64,000 bases of DNA from an uncultured Clostridia bacterium (GCA_947167965.1 CAMVJW010000003.1:43875-107874); one strand, 5' to 3'; counted from the stretch's first letter, positions 39,559-50,241 are shown. Program-made: numbers and translations. The notes: generated by a model from the letters alone, not told the origin.

Positions 39559-40891
39559 TGATTTAATAGATTACTTTAGAAATAAAAAAATTCTTATTTT
39601 AGGATTTGGAAAAGAAGGAAAGTCAACATATAAATTAATAAGAAAGTATTTACCAAACCAAGTAGTTTATATTTCAGATAAAAAAGAAAACTTTCAAGAA
39701 ACATATAACTTTAATAATGATAGTAATTTGATTTTTATTAGTGGAGAAAACTATTTACAAAATCTAAATGATTATGACATTATTATGAAATCTCCAGGAA
39801 TTTCTTTTATAAATATTGATACATCAAGTTTTTATCATAAAATAAAGTCACAATTAGAATTATTATTGGAATTTTTTAATAATTTTGCAATTGGAATTAC
39901 TGGAACAAAAGGAAAAAGCACAACAAGTTCATTAATATATAAAATCTTAAAAGGTCAAAACGAAAAATGCCTACTTATGGGAAATATTGGCGAACCGGTC
40001 TTTGATTATATAGACCAAATAGATGAAAATGTAAAAATTGTATTAGAGATGTCATCACATCAATTAGAATATATGGAACTTTCACCTAATATCGCAGTTT
40101 TGCTAAATATTTTCCCAGAGCATTTAGATCATTATAAATCATTTGAAGATTATGCTAAAGCTAAATGCAATATTTTTAAATATCAAAATAAGAATGACTA
40201 TTTTTTATATAACAGTGATATTGAGCTAATAAATACTTTAACAGATAAAGCTAATGGTAATATGTATAGAGTTAATATAAATAAAAAAGATGCAGATATT
40301 TATTTAGATAAAGATATAATATATTTTAAAGATGAACCACTATATAATAAAAAACAAAAAAGGAAATTACCTGGAAATTATAATTTGAATAATATTATGT
40401 TTGCACTTGGAGTATCAAAAATCTTAAGATTAGATTTAAATCGAACTATTCAAACTATTAATACTTTTGAACCATTAAGACATAGACTGGAATTTATAGG
40501 AACATTTGAAGGTGTTAAATATTATGACAATAGTATTGGAACTGTTCCAATTGCAACAATAGAAGCTGTAAAAGCTTTAGATGATGTTGATACTCTAATT
40601 ATTGGTGGAATGGATAGAGGTATCGATTATACAGATTTTATAGAATTTTTAAATAATAGTGACATTAGTAACATTATTTGCATGCCAACAACAGGGCATA
40701 TTATCGCTAAAGGATTAAAACAAGAAAAATGTTATTGCGTAGAAAATTTAGAAGAAGCGGTTAATATAGCTAAAAAACATACTAAAGTTGGAATGAGCTG
40801 TTTATTATCTCCAACTGCTGCAAGCTATGAATTCTTTAAAAACTTTGAAGAAAAAGGAGATTTATTTAAAAAATTAGTACAACAGATATAG
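39551..40891 (+). CDS. murD: UDP-N-acetylmuramoyl-L-alanine--glutamate ligase (MurD family), located outside the dcw block
   Basis: ILILGFGKEGKST Rossmann start, GITGTKGKSTT P-loop, and Mur ligase C-domain. ATG 39551 follows GAGG (the track start 39536 is less likely). Confidence 0.85.
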   Translation: MINDLIDYFRNKKILILGFGKEGKSTYKLIRKYLPNQVVYISDKKENFQETYNFNNDSNLIFISGENYLQNLNDYDIIMKSPGISFINIDTSSFYHKIKSQLELLLEFFNNFAIGITGTKGKSTTSSLIYKILKGQNEKCLLMGNIGEPVFDYIDQIDENVKIVLEMSSHQLEYMELSPNIAVLLNIFPEHLDHYKSFEDYAKAKCNIFKYQNKNDYFLYNSDIELINTLTDKANGNMYRVNINKKDADIYLDKDIIYFKDEPLYNKKQKRKLPGNYNLNNIMFALGVSKILRLDLNRTIQTINTFEPLRHRLEFIGTFEGVKYYDNSIGTVPIATIEAVKALDDVDTLIIGGMDRGIDYTDFIEFLNNSDISNIICMPTTGHIIAKGLKQEKCYCVENLEEAVNIAKKHTKVGMSCLLSPTAASYEFFKNFEEKGDLFKKLVQQI

Positions 40892-40981
40892 TTGCAATAA
40901 AAAAATAATAATAAATTTTAGTTAAATTATTTTTTAATAACAAACTTAATGCAAAAAATATACAGAAATCGATAAAAAGCC

Positions 40982-41010
40982 TTGACATCACTGTATTTAA
41001 CTAATATAAT
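40982..41010 (+). promoter_or_regulatory. consensus sigma-A promoter upstream of sigH
   Basis: TTGACA (40982-40987), exactly 17 nt, TATAAT (41005-41010). Confidence 0.6.
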
Positions 41011-41045
41011 AAGCACAAATAGACAAAAAATATAAGGAGTAATAA

Positions 41046-41708
41046 ATGGCAGAATTTTGGCACGATAACATTATAGATAGCAAATATAAACAAATGACTG
41101 ATGAAAACTTACTACAAGAAGTTGCTAATAATCAAAATAATATGGCATTAAACTGCTTAATGGATAGATATAAAGATATTGTAAGTATTAAGGCTAATAA
41201 ATTTTTTATGGTTGGATCTGAAAAAGAGGATATGATTCAAGAAGGATATATTGGGTTATATAAAGCTGTAAAATCTTTTAATAATCAAAAACAAAATTCT
41301 TTTAAAACATTTGCCGGCCTATGTATAGAAAGACAGATGATTACAGCAGTTAAAAATTCCAATAGACAAAAACATATTCCACTAAACTCATCTTTATCCT
41401 TGAATGCTGGAGTATATGAGGAAAATGGAGATACAAAAGTATTAGATGTATTGGATATTAGAAAAGAAGGAAATGACCCATCAGATATAATAGCTAACAA
41501 AGAATATTTTAATATGGTAGAATCAAAGATAATGTCAAATTTAAGTGACTTTGAAAAACAAGTACTAACTCAATTTCAAAAAGGAAAGTCTTATGCTCAA
41601 ATTGCAGAAGACTTAAACATTAAAGTTAAATCTGTAGATACAGCAATACAAAGAATTAGAAAAAAAGCTCAAAAAATCAGAAAAAGCATTGAAAGTGTTG
41701 ATGAATAG
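41046..41708 (+). CDS. sigH: RNA polymerase sporulation sigma factor SigH
   Basis: EDMIQEGYIGLYKAVKSFNNQKQNSFKTFAGLCIERQMITAVKNSNRQKHIPLNSSLSLN closely parallels Bacillus SigH. Region 4: SYAQIAEDLNIKVKSVDTAIQRIRKK. Confidence 0.85.
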   Translation: MAEFWHDNIIDSKYKQMTDENLLQEVANNQNNMALNCLMDRYKDIVSIKANKFFMVGSEKEDMIQEGYIGLYKAVKSFNNQKQNSFKTFAGLCIERQMITAVKNSNRQKHIPLNSSLSLNAGVYEENGDTKVLDVLDIRKEGNDPSDIIANKEYFNMVESKIMSNLSDFEKQVLTQFQKGKSYAQIAEDLNIKVKSVDTAIQRIRKKAQKIRKSIESVDE

Positions 41709-41807
41709 AAATATAAATGGAGCCTAGATTTTCATAAAGTTACGCTCTTTAGAAAATTGTGGTTCCATATTTTCATTTTTAAGTTAAAAATTAGAAAAGA
41801 GGAATAT

Positions 41808-42362
41808 ATGAAAGATAAATTTTTAGAGTTACTAAGAAGTACAAATAGAGAAAATATTGAAGAATTAATAGAATTTATTAAAAAAACAGACTTTTTTGAT
41901 GCTCCTGCAAGTACAAGATTTCATGGGAGTAGAGAACATGGTTTATTAGAGCATAGCTTAAAAGTATATGAAATACTAAAGTTTAAAGTTGAAAACTCTG
42001 TAATGGAAATAAAAACACCACAAGAATCCTTAATTCTAATTGCTTTATTACATGATATTTGCAAAGCAAATTATTATAAAATTGATTATAGAAATGCAAA
42101 AAATGCCTTAGGAGTATGGGAAAAAGTTCCATATTATACAGTAGATGACAAAATTCCATATGGTCATGGAGAAAAGTCAGTTATGATGATTACAGAATAT
42201 ATAAAATTAACTCCAGAAGAAAAATACGCAATACGTTGGCACATGGGATTTACAGAGCCAAAAGAGCTATATAATACAATTGGTTTAGCATATACAAAAT
42301 ATCCAATAGCATTACTTACTTATGAAGCAGATTTAGAGGCAACTTATTTTTTTGATACATAA
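41808..42362 (+). CDS. HD-domain phosphohydrolase
   Basis: FHGSREHGLLEHSLKV and ALLHDICK (H..HD) motifs. ATG 41808 after AGAGGAA. Confidence 0.7.
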   Translation: MKDKFLELLRSTNRENIEELIEFIKKTDFFDAPASTRFHGSREHGLLEHSLKVYEILKFKVENSVMEIKTPQESLILIALLHDICKANYYKIDYRNAKNALGVWEKVPYYTVDDKIPYGHGEKSVMMITEYIKLTPEEKYAIRWHMGFTEPKELYNTIGLAYTKYPIALLTYEADLEATYFFDT

Positions 42363-42401
42363 TTAATATTAAAAAAAAATATAAAAAGGAAGGATTTAAA
42401 A

Positions 42402-43694
42402 ATGAAAGCAAATAAAACTGAACCACGTACATTGCCTGGTTTTATGGAGTTGTTACCACAAGATCAAATTTTATTTAATCAAATAAAAGACACAATAAGA
42501 AAAAGCTATGAAAAATTTGGTTTTTTACCTTTAGATACACCAATAATAGAAGACTCAAATGTATTGCTTGCAAAAGCTGGAGGAGAAACTGAAAAACAAA
42601 TTTATAGATTTACTAAGGGAGAAAATGATTTAAGTTTAAGATTTGACTTAACAGTTCCACTTGCTAAATATGTTGCAAAAAACTATGAGAATTTAAGTTT
42701 CCCATTTAGAAGATATCAAATTGGAAAGGTTTATAGAGGGGAAAGGGCTCAAAGAGGAAGGTATAGAGAATTCTACCAATGCGATATAGATATTATAGGA
42801 GATGGAGAGCTTTCTATTATAAATGATGCAGAGCTAACAAGTGTTATATACAATACTTTTAGCGAATTGGATTTTGGAAAGTTTACAATATGTATTAATA
42901 ATAGAAAAATACTAAATGGATTTTTTGATAGTTTAGGACAGCAAGAAATGGCTGCTGAAATCTTAAGAATAATTGATAAAATTGAGAAAATAGGAAAAGA
43001 AAAAGTAATAAGCGAATTTGAAGAATTAGGAATAGCAAAAAATAATATAGATAGTATTATAAGTTTTATAGAAATTGATGGTACTACTGATGAAAAGATA
43101 GAAAAATTAGAAAAACTAAATATTTCAAATGAAATATTTATCAAAGGTATTGAAGAATTAAAGGAAATAATTAAATATATTAGGTTTTTCAATATTCCAG
43201 AAGACTATTTTAAAATTGATTTAACAATTGCAAGAGGACTTGATTATTATACTGGAACAGTATATGAAACATTTTTAGATGAATATAAGACACTAGGAAG
43301 TATATGCTCTGGAGGAAGATATGAAAATCTAGCTGAATACTATACAGATAAGAAACTTCCTGGAGTTGGCATTTCAATAGGTTTAACAAGATTATTTTAT
43401 CAATTAAATGAAATAAAACTAATAGAAGCTAAAAAGAAATCAATAGCTGATGTATTGATAATTTCTATGACAGATAAATTTGATTATGTATCTAAAGTCG
43501 CTAGAGATTTAAGAAAACAAGGAAAGAATGTACAGATATATTTTGAAAATAAAAAAGTAAAAGCACAATTTAAATATGCGGATAAACTGCAAATTCCATA
43601 TACAATAGTAATTGGTGATGATGAAGTAAATTCTAAAACATACACATTAAAAAATATGGAAACAGGAGATCAACAACAAATAAATATAAATTAA
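42402..43694 (+). CDS. hisS: histidine--tRNA ligase
   Basis: LPGFMELLP, RFDLTVPLAKY, YRGERAQRGRYREFYQCD, and GGRYENL motifs. Confidence 0.95.
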   Translation: MKANKTEPRTLPGFMELLPQDQILFNQIKDTIRKSYEKFGFLPLDTPIIEDSNVLLAKAGGETEKQIYRFTKGENDLSLRFDLTVPLAKYVAKNYENLSFPFRRYQIGKVYRGERAQRGRYREFYQCDIDIIGDGELSIINDAELTSVIYNTFSELDFGKFTICINNRKILNGFFDSLGQQEMAAEILRIIDKIEKIGKEKVISEFEELGIAKNNIDSIISFIEIDGTTDEKIEKLEKLNISNEIFIKGIEELKEIIKYIRFFNIPEDYFKIDLTIARGLDYYTGTVYETFLDEYKTLGSICSGGRYENLAEYYTDKKLPGVGISIGLTRLFYQLNEIKLIEAKKKSIADVLIISMTDKFDYVSKVARDLRKQGKNVQIYFENKKVKAQFKYADKLQIPYTIVIGDDEVNSKTYTLKNMETGDQQQININ

Positions 43695-43707
43695 AAATAA
43701 CTATTAA

Positions 43708-43757
43708 AAAGAAGATATAATTTTGACAATTGTTTGTCAAAGAATAATATCTTCTTT
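43708..43757. terminator. bidirectional hairpin between hisS and convergent engB
   Basis: Outer stem AAAGAAGATAT / ATATCTTCTTT enclosing the inner palindrome TTGACAA ttgt TTGTCAA. The right arm overlaps the engB stop region. Confidence 0.5.
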
Positions 43758-44327
43758 TAAAATATAATCCCAGACATCATCTGTGTATATTTTTTTCTCA
43801 GATGAAAATGGTAGCATAGCTGCATCCATTAAAGGGTTAAGTTCTTTTTGTAAATTTTCACAGGTTGGAATAACTTTTGTTGGCGCAATTTTATCGGCTT
43901 TGTTTGCTAGTATTAAAAATGGCTTTTTACATGAAATAATGTAATTATACATTAATCTGTCATTTTCAGTAGGTGAATGTCTAATATCAATTAAAAATAT
44001 GATTAGTGATATTTTTTTACTATTTAATAAGTATTGCTCAATAAAAGTACCAACTTTTTCTTGTTCTTGTTTAGACATTTTGCTATATCCATATCCAGGT
44101 AAATCAACAAAATAAAACTTTTCATCTATATTATAGAAATTAATATGTCTAGTTTTTCCTGGTTCAGAGCTTGTACGAGCTAATTTTTTTCTATTAATCA
44201 TTGTATTTATAAAACTTGACTTTCCAACATTAGATTTACCTACCAATACGATTTCAGGTAAATCATTTTTGGGGTATTGTTTTGGACTTACTGCAGAGAT
44301 TTCAAATTTAGGATTTTTTACTATCAT
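43737..44327 (-). CDS. engB: ribosome biogenesis GTPase YsxC/EngB
   Basis: GKSNVGKSSFIN (G1), DLPGYGY (G3), and NKADK (G4). Confidence 0.9.
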   Translation of the reverse strand: MIVKNPKFEISAVSPKQYPKNDLPEIVLVGKSNVGKSSFINTMINRKKLARTSSEPGKTRHINFYNIDEKFYFVDLPGYGYSKMSKQEQEKVGTFIEQYLLNSKKISLIIFLIDIRHSPTENDRLMYNYIISCKKPFLILANKADKIAPTKVIPTCENLQKELNPLMDAAMLPFSSEKKIYTDDVWDYILKEDIIL

Positions 44328-44403
44328 TTTTTCTCCATTCTATAATGAATATTTTATAGTTATAAGACAGACTTAAGAAAAAAGTCTGTCTTATAATTTG
44401 TTT

Positions 44404-45720
44404 TTATTGTTTTATTTCTTTAATTGAATTTACTACTTTTTTAATAACAGGGTTGTATTTATTTACACTTGAATTTAATGTATCAGAATAAATTTCTATA
44501 AAATAGTTTTCTGTTTCAATCCAATATGCACTAACAGTTTCTTCATTTAATATGTTTGTTGAATTTTCAGCTGGAATTGATATTTCAAGGCTAGCAGTGT
44601 AGACATCGTGGTCTCCTGAATTTATTTTTTCAACATCTTTAAAGTTTTTTGGACTGTATGTTTCAAAAGTTTCACTAAGGTAATCTTTTAAATATTTATT
44701 TGCATATTCTTCTAAATTAAAATCGGTTAAAAGTTCTTTTTTTGTTGAGATAATAGTTATATTAGAAGCTTTATCTTCACTATATAAATATGTTATGTTT
44801 GAGTCATTACTTGGATCTTCAGACCAAGACTCTGGAATCGAAACATTAAATGAATTATTTTGAATTGAGTATTCACGGATATTTTTAAGATTATTATTAT
44901 TCAAATTAAAAGCGCTAATACCAATTCCAATAAGTATACAAGAAATACAAATAATTGCAGTTATAATTACAGTTGCTTTTGTACTAATTCTTAGCAAATT
45001 AGATTCATTATTTTTGTTATAATAATATTTGTTTCCGAATTTTACAATTATTTTTTTACTTCTAAATTTTTTAAATATCTTTTCAGCATTTGGGTTATTC
45101 AATTTTGCTATTATTTCATTTTCAGAAATGGCATTTTCTGGAGTAAGTGCATTAAGCTCTTCAAATGCGGTTTTAACAATTTTTAATTCTTCTTTTACAG
45201 GTTCTTTTAATTTATTATTTAGTTCTATTTCTCTAATTTCATCTTGTTTTTTCACTATTTCTGGGTCAATAACTTGAACACCATTATCTTGTAGTTTTCT
45301 ATTAATATATGGATATGTAGCAGTAATTCCTAATACTGCAAATAAAACAGATATTGCTAAATCACGATATAAGGCATTCATAAATTCTGCATTAGAATAC
45401 AATGCATTTATTGTTAGATTAAACTTTAAAGTATAAACTAATGGGATAAAGACTAAAGTAGTAAGAATAACTAAAAGAAGTGATATAATTGTAATAATTA
45501 CTTTTACACTTTTTGTCATTTTTCCTTTACATATTTCATATCCTTTTAAAGCTCCAAATGCAATAACCATTGCAAGTATAGATAAAATATAATTAAATTT
45601 TACATAGACAATAACCCAAGGAATAGTAGCTATTGCACCACCTAATATTGCCCCTATAATTCCAGTGAAGTAATTTCCTTTTATGTTTTGAACTTCATTT
45701 GTTTTGTTTTCTTCATTCAT
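44404..45720 (-). CDS. hypothetical membrane protein with extracytoplasmic C-terminal domain
   Basis: 438 aa with 4 N-terminal TM segments, a cytoplasmic helical linker, a fifth TM, and a soluble C-domain. No family recognised. Confidence 0.45.
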   Translation of the reverse strand: MNEENKTNEVQNIKGNYFTGIIGAILGGAIATIPWVIVYVKFNYILSILAMVIAFGALKGYEICKGKMTKSVKVIITIISLLLVILTTLVFIPLVYTLKFNLTINALYSNAEFMNALYRDLAISVLFAVLGITATYPYINRKLQDNGVQVIDPEIVKKQDEIREIELNNKLKEPVKEELKIVKTAFEELNALTPENAISENEIIAKLNNPNAEKIFKKFRSKKIIVKFGNKYYYNKNNESNLLRISTKATVIITAIICISCILIGIGISAFNLNNNNLKNIREYSIQNNSFNVSIPESWSEDPSNDSNITYLYSEDKASNITIISTKKELLTDFNLEEYANKYLKDYLSETFETYSPKNFKDVEKINSGDHDVYTASLEISIPAENSTNILNEETVSAYWIETENYFIEIYSDTLNSSVNKYNPVIKKVVNSIKEIKQ

Positions 45721-45750
45721 TTTTTATTTTCCTCTCATTTTTAAAAATAT

Positions 45751-47040
45751 TTAAATATCTTTTTTTACTATTTTTTCTAAACCACCCATATATGGCCTTA
45801 ATACTTCAGGGATAATTACACTTCCATCAGGTTGATAGTTGTTTTCCATAATAGAAATAAGCATACGAGGTGGAGCAACAACAGTATTATTTAAAGTATG
45901 AGCAAAATAATTTCCGTTTTCACCTTTAATTCTAATTCCTAACCTTCTTGCTTGTGCATCTGTTAGGTTTGAGCAACTTCCAACTTCGAAATATTTCTTT
46001 TGACGAGGAGACCAAGCCTCAACATCACATGATTTTGCTTTTAAATCTGCTAAGTCACCTGAACAGCATTCTAAAGTTCTAACAGGAATATTCATAGATC
46101 TAAAGAATTCAACTGTATATGACCACATTTTATCATACCATTCCCAAGATTGTTCTGGCTCACAAACAACAATCATTTCTTGTTTTTCAAATTGGTGAAT
46201 TCTATAAACTCCACGTTCTTCAATACCATGTGCACCTTTTTCTTTTCTAAAACATGGAGAATAAGAAGTCATTGTATATGGCATTTTTGATTTATCTAAA
46301 ATTTGATCTTTAAATTTTCCAATCATTGAATGTTCTGATGTTCCAATTAAGTATAAATCTTCACCTTCAATTTTATACATCATTGCATCCATTTCTTCAA
46401 AGCTCATAACTCCTGTTACAACATCTGAACGAATCATAAAAGGAGGAATACAGTATGTAAATCCTTTATTTATCATAAAATCTCTAGCATATGTTAAAAC
46501 TGCACTATGAAGTCTTGCAATATCTCCAACTAAATAGTAAAAACCATTTCCAGAAACTCTTCTGGCACTATCTAAATCAAGACCTCCTAAAGCTTCCATA
46601 ATTTCTCCATGATATGGAATTTCATAGTCTGGAACAAAAGGGTCACCAAATCTTTGTACTTCAACATTTTCACTATCATCTTTTCCAATTGGAACAGACT
46701 CATGCATAATATTTGGAATTCTCATCATTCTTTTCTTTATTTCTTCAGAAAGCTCATTTTCTTGAGCTTCATTTTTTTCTAATTGATTATTCAATTCTTG
46801 AACTTTTGCCTTTATTTCTTCAGCTTTTTCTTTTTCTCCATTTTGCATTAAGCTACCTATTTGATTACTTAGATTTTTTCTTTCAGATCTAAGATTATCA
46901 CCATTTAATTTGGACTCACGATATTTTTTATCTAACTCAATTACTTCATCAACTAAAACTATTTTTTCATTTTGAAATTTTTTCTTGATGTTTTCTTTTA
47001 CAACATCTGGATTTTCTCTTAAAAATTTGATATCTATCAT
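45751..47040 (-). CDS. serS: serine--tRNA ligase
   Basis: N-terminal coiled-coil arm, FRKEKGAHG, YRIHQFEKQEM, and TLNNTVVAPPR motifs. Confidence 0.95.
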   Translation of the reverse strand: MIDIKFLRENPDVVKENIKKKFQNEKIVLVDEVIELDKKYRESKLNGDNLRSERKNLSNQIGSLMQNGEKEKAEEIKAKVQELNNQLEKNEAQENELSEEIKKRMMRIPNIMHESVPIGKDDSENVEVQRFGDPFVPDYEIPYHGEIMEALGGLDLDSARRVSGNGFYYLVGDIARLHSAVLTYARDFMINKGFTYCIPPFMIRSDVVTGVMSFEEMDAMMYKIEGEDLYLIGTSEHSMIGKFKDQILDKSKMPYTMTSYSPCFRKEKGAHGIEERGVYRIHQFEKQEMIVVCEPEQSWEWYDKMWSYTVEFFRSMNIPVRTLECCSGDLADLKAKSCDVEAWSPRQKKYFEVGSCSNLTDAQARRLGIRIKGENGNYFAHTLNNTVVAPPRMLISIMENNYQPDGSVIIPEVLRPYMGGLEKIVKKDI

Positions 47041-47213
47041 ATCTTATCCTCCTTTTTTTAAGGAAAAATCATAGTGAAATTCCTTAAAGTATTATAATGA
47101 GCTAATTATATAATAAAATAAGCAATATATCAAGATAAATTGAATAAAAATAAAAAAATTGAATATATTAATTTTAATAAGATTTATAAGAAAAATATAT
47201 TTTAAAACTGGGG

Positions 47214-47498
47214 ATGGATATTTTGGAATATGAATTTATTAAAGAAACTGTCATTATAGACAAAAATGAGAATGAAAAAAATAATGAATTAATTAAAAGT
47301 ATAATTCTAACAAAAAGAAAATTAAAGCAAGCATATCAAAACTTTGAATTTGCTGATAATGAATTAATAGATTATTACACATATAACATTAAAGCAAATT
47401 TTTCAAAGTTAGATTATTTAATTAAATTAGCAAAGAAAAAAGGAATTTTAATAGATCCTAGATTAAAAGATAATAATGAAATTGATCAAGCAGGGTGA
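47214..47498 (+). CDS. DUF2508 (YaaL-like) protein
   Basis: 94 aa. KRKLKQAYQNFEFADNELIDYYTYNIKANFSKLDYLIKLAKKKGI fits the YaaL pattern. Confidence 0.45.
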   Translation: MDILEYEFIKETVIIDKNENEKNNELIKSIILTKRKLKQAYQNFEFADNELIDYYTYNIKANFSKLDYLIKLAKKKGILIDPRLKDNNEIDQAG

Positions 47499-47725
47499 GA
47501 GGCCATAATTATGAAAATAAAGGCAATTTAATTTTGCAAATTTTGTCTAAATATGCGATGGATTTTAATTGATTTTTCAGTTATAGCATGATAAAATAAC
47601 TTTATTAAATCAAATTTGTTTAAAGACATAATATTATTAAAAATATTATTAAATTCAATAATTTTATATTTATTCTATTTTATAAAAAATACAATTGATA
47701 TTTATCAAATATATAAAGAAAAGAA

Positions 47726-48617
47726 GTGATGACTATAGTAAAATTATTAGATCCAAAAAATGATTACGTTTTTAAGCGAATTTTTGGACATTCGGGAAAT
47801 GAACAAATAACAAAAAACTTTCTTGAATCAATAATTCCGGATAAAATTGATCAAATAGAACTAGATTCAAATCCAATAACAGAAAAAGATTTATTAGATG
47901 ATAAAGTGGGAATATTAGACATCAAAGCAAAACTAAATAATGGAAATGTAAACTGCAATATAGAAATGCAGGTAGTTGACCAAAAAGATATTGAAAAAAG
48001 AATTCTATTTTATTGGAGTAAAATGTATATTCAAACAATAAGCTCAGGAAATGATTATGAGAGCTTAAAAAGATGTATTGTAATATTAATTACAGACTAT
48101 GATATAGAAAGCTTAAAAGAATTGCCAGATTATATTGCAAAATGGAAAATAATGGAAGAAAAATATGCGGAGTTAGAGTTGACAAATATGTTAGAACTTT
48201 ATATAATTTCATTAAATAAAGCCAAAAATAGTACAAAAACTAAAAAAGAAGATTTACTTTTGAATTGGTTAAAATTTATAAATAATCCAAAGGAGGAAAC
48301 TCGGAATGGAAAATGATGAAATTAATAATGCAAAAGAAGTTCTAAAAGAAATAAGTCAAGATGAAAGAGAAAGAAGGCTAACTGAACTTAGAGAAAAATA
48401 TAGAATGGACCAAAATGCAATAATGAAAGCCGGATATGATAAGGGTTTAAAAGCTGGAATAGAGCAAGGAATTAATCAAGGAATCGAACAAGGAGTTAAT
48501 CAAGAGAAAAAAGAAATAGCAAAAAGATTATTAAAAATGAAAATGTCAATTAATCAAATTATGGAAGTAACAGGATTAACAAAAGAAGATATAGAAAGAA
48601 TAAATAATGAATTATGA
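47726..48617 (+). CDS. Rpn-family recombination-promoting nuclease / PD-(D/E)XK putative transposase, read as two ORFs (47726..48316 and 48306..48617) split at an in-frame CGG
   Basis: N-part LLDPKNDYVFKRIFG..LDIKAKLNNG..NIEMQ (PD-D/ExK core). C-part has the family-typical GIEQGINQGIEQG..IAKRLLKMKMSINQIMEVTGLTKEDIE tail. ACT CGG AAT at 48299; omitting C48302 gives ..NPKEET-GMENDEINNAKEVL. Confidence 0.7.
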
Positions 48618-48853
48618 TAAATTATTAAAAATGACTATCATTAAGTAGATATTAAATATAAATATTAGATAGCAAAAATTGATTTAATCAACTCCCAAAA
48701 ATATGGGAGGGGGTACATATTAACTATTGATTTTTTAGTGTAAATATGATAGAATTCAAAAACTTAAGTTGAGAAAAAATGTATAACATTCAAAATAATA
48801 ATAAAAAGAAAAGATAATGCAGTACTTAAAGTAAAAATAGGAAGGAAAAACAA

Positions 48854-50221
48854 ATGGCCAAAAATACACAAACAGTATTTGTATGTAATGAATGTGGATA
48901 TGAAAGCTCAAAATGGTTAGGTAAGTGTCCAGCTTGTAATAGCTGGAATACTTTTTTTGAGCAAAAAATAGAAAAAATTAAAGAAAATGGAACAATAAAA
49001 ATAAAAGAAAAAAACAAACCAAAAGCTTTAAATTCGTATAAAGGACAGGAAGTTTCAAGAACATCTACTGGATTTGCGGAATTAGATAGAGTACTTGGTG
49101 GAGGAATTGTAAAAGGCTCTTTAATACTTCTTGGAGGAGAGCCTGGAATTGGAAAATCAACCTTAATTCTTGAATTATGTGATAAAATTAAGGGCGAAGG
49201 AAAAGTATTATATGTGTCTGGTGAAGAATCTGCTGAACAAATAAAACTAAGAGCAGATAGGTTATCAATAAATAATGATGATATTATGTTTTTAGGAGAA
49301 ACCGATATAAGTGTAGTAAATGAAACAATTGAGGAATTATCTCCAAAACTTGTTATAATTGATTCTATTCAAACAATGTACTCTGATGAATTAACAGCTG
49401 CTGCAGGAAGTGTAAGCCAAGTTAGAGAAATAACAGCACAAATAATGAGAGTATGTAAATCTAAACAAATAACAACAATTATAATTGGACATGTAACAAA
49501 AGACGGAACTATTGCAGGACCTAGAGTATTAGAGCATATGGTAGATACTGTACTATACTTAGAAGGAGAAAGATATTTTTCTTATAGAATTCTAAGGGGA
49601 GTAAAAAACAGATTTGGCTCTACTAACGAAATAGGAATGTTTGAGATGAAAGGAGAAGGATTAGTAGAAATTACCAATCCTTCAGAAATATTAATTTCAG
49701 AAAGAGAAGATAATCCATCAGGTTCATGTATAGTTGCTAGTATGGAAGGAACAAGACCAATGCTTATTGAGCTTCAAGCATTAACTACCTTATCTGTATT
49801 TGGAATTCCAAAAAGAACTGCTAATGGGCTCGATTATAATAGATTAGCTGTTTTAATTGCAGTGCTAGAAAAAAGAGCAAATCTACAAATTGGAGGTCAA
49901 GATATATATGTAAATGTAGTAGGTGGGATTAGATTAAATGAGCCATCTGTAGATTTAGGGATTATATGTGTTTGTGCATCTAGTTATAAAAATATTCCAA
50001 TACCTAAAGATACTGTTATTATGGGAGAAGTAGGTTTAACAGGTGAAGTTAGAAGAATAAATATGATAGAAAAAAGACTAAAAGAAGCTGAGAAGATGGG
50101 ATTTAAGAGATGCATTATACCTGCAAATAATAAAAAATATTTAGAGGAAAAATATAAAATGGAAATTGTAGGAGTTAAAAATATAGGAGAAGCATTAAGA
50201 ACATTAAAAATAAAAGGATAG
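48854..50221 (+). CDS. radA: DNA repair protein RadA/Sms
   Basis: Zn-finger CNECGYESSKWLGKCPACNSW, Walker A GGEPGIGKST, KNRFGSTNEIG, and Lon-like C-domain. Confidence 0.95.
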   Translation: MAKNTQTVFVCNECGYESSKWLGKCPACNSWNTFFEQKIEKIKENGTIKIKEKNKPKALNSYKGQEVSRTSTGFAELDRVLGGGIVKGSLILLGGEPGIGKSTLILELCDKIKGEGKVLYVSGEESAEQIKLRADRLSINNDDIMFLGETDISVVNETIEELSPKLVIIDSIQTMYSDELTAAAGSVSQVREITAQIMRVCKSKQITTIIIGHVTKDGTIAGPRVLEHMVDTVLYLEGERYFSYRILRGVKNRFGSTNEIGMFEMKGEGLVEITNPSEILISEREDNPSGSCIVASMEGTRPMLIELQALTTLSVFGIPKRTANGLDYNRLAVLIAVLEKRANLQIGGQDIYVNVVGGIRLNEPSVDLGIICVCASSYKNIPIPKDTVIMGEVGLTGEVRRINMIEKRLKEAEKMGFKRCIIPANNKKYLEEKYKMEIVGVKNIGEALRTLKIKG

Positions 50222-50241
50222 TCTAATACAAGGAGGCATTT

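Noticed and set aside
48281-48320. Treating the two Rpn ORFs as two genuine genes because of the AAGGAGG plus ATG at 48306
   Set aside because: The C-terminal EQG-repeat/HTH-like tail is normally fused to the nuclease core in this family, and the junction shows the same CGG-A-A pattern as the other four sites. This is retained as a caveat.
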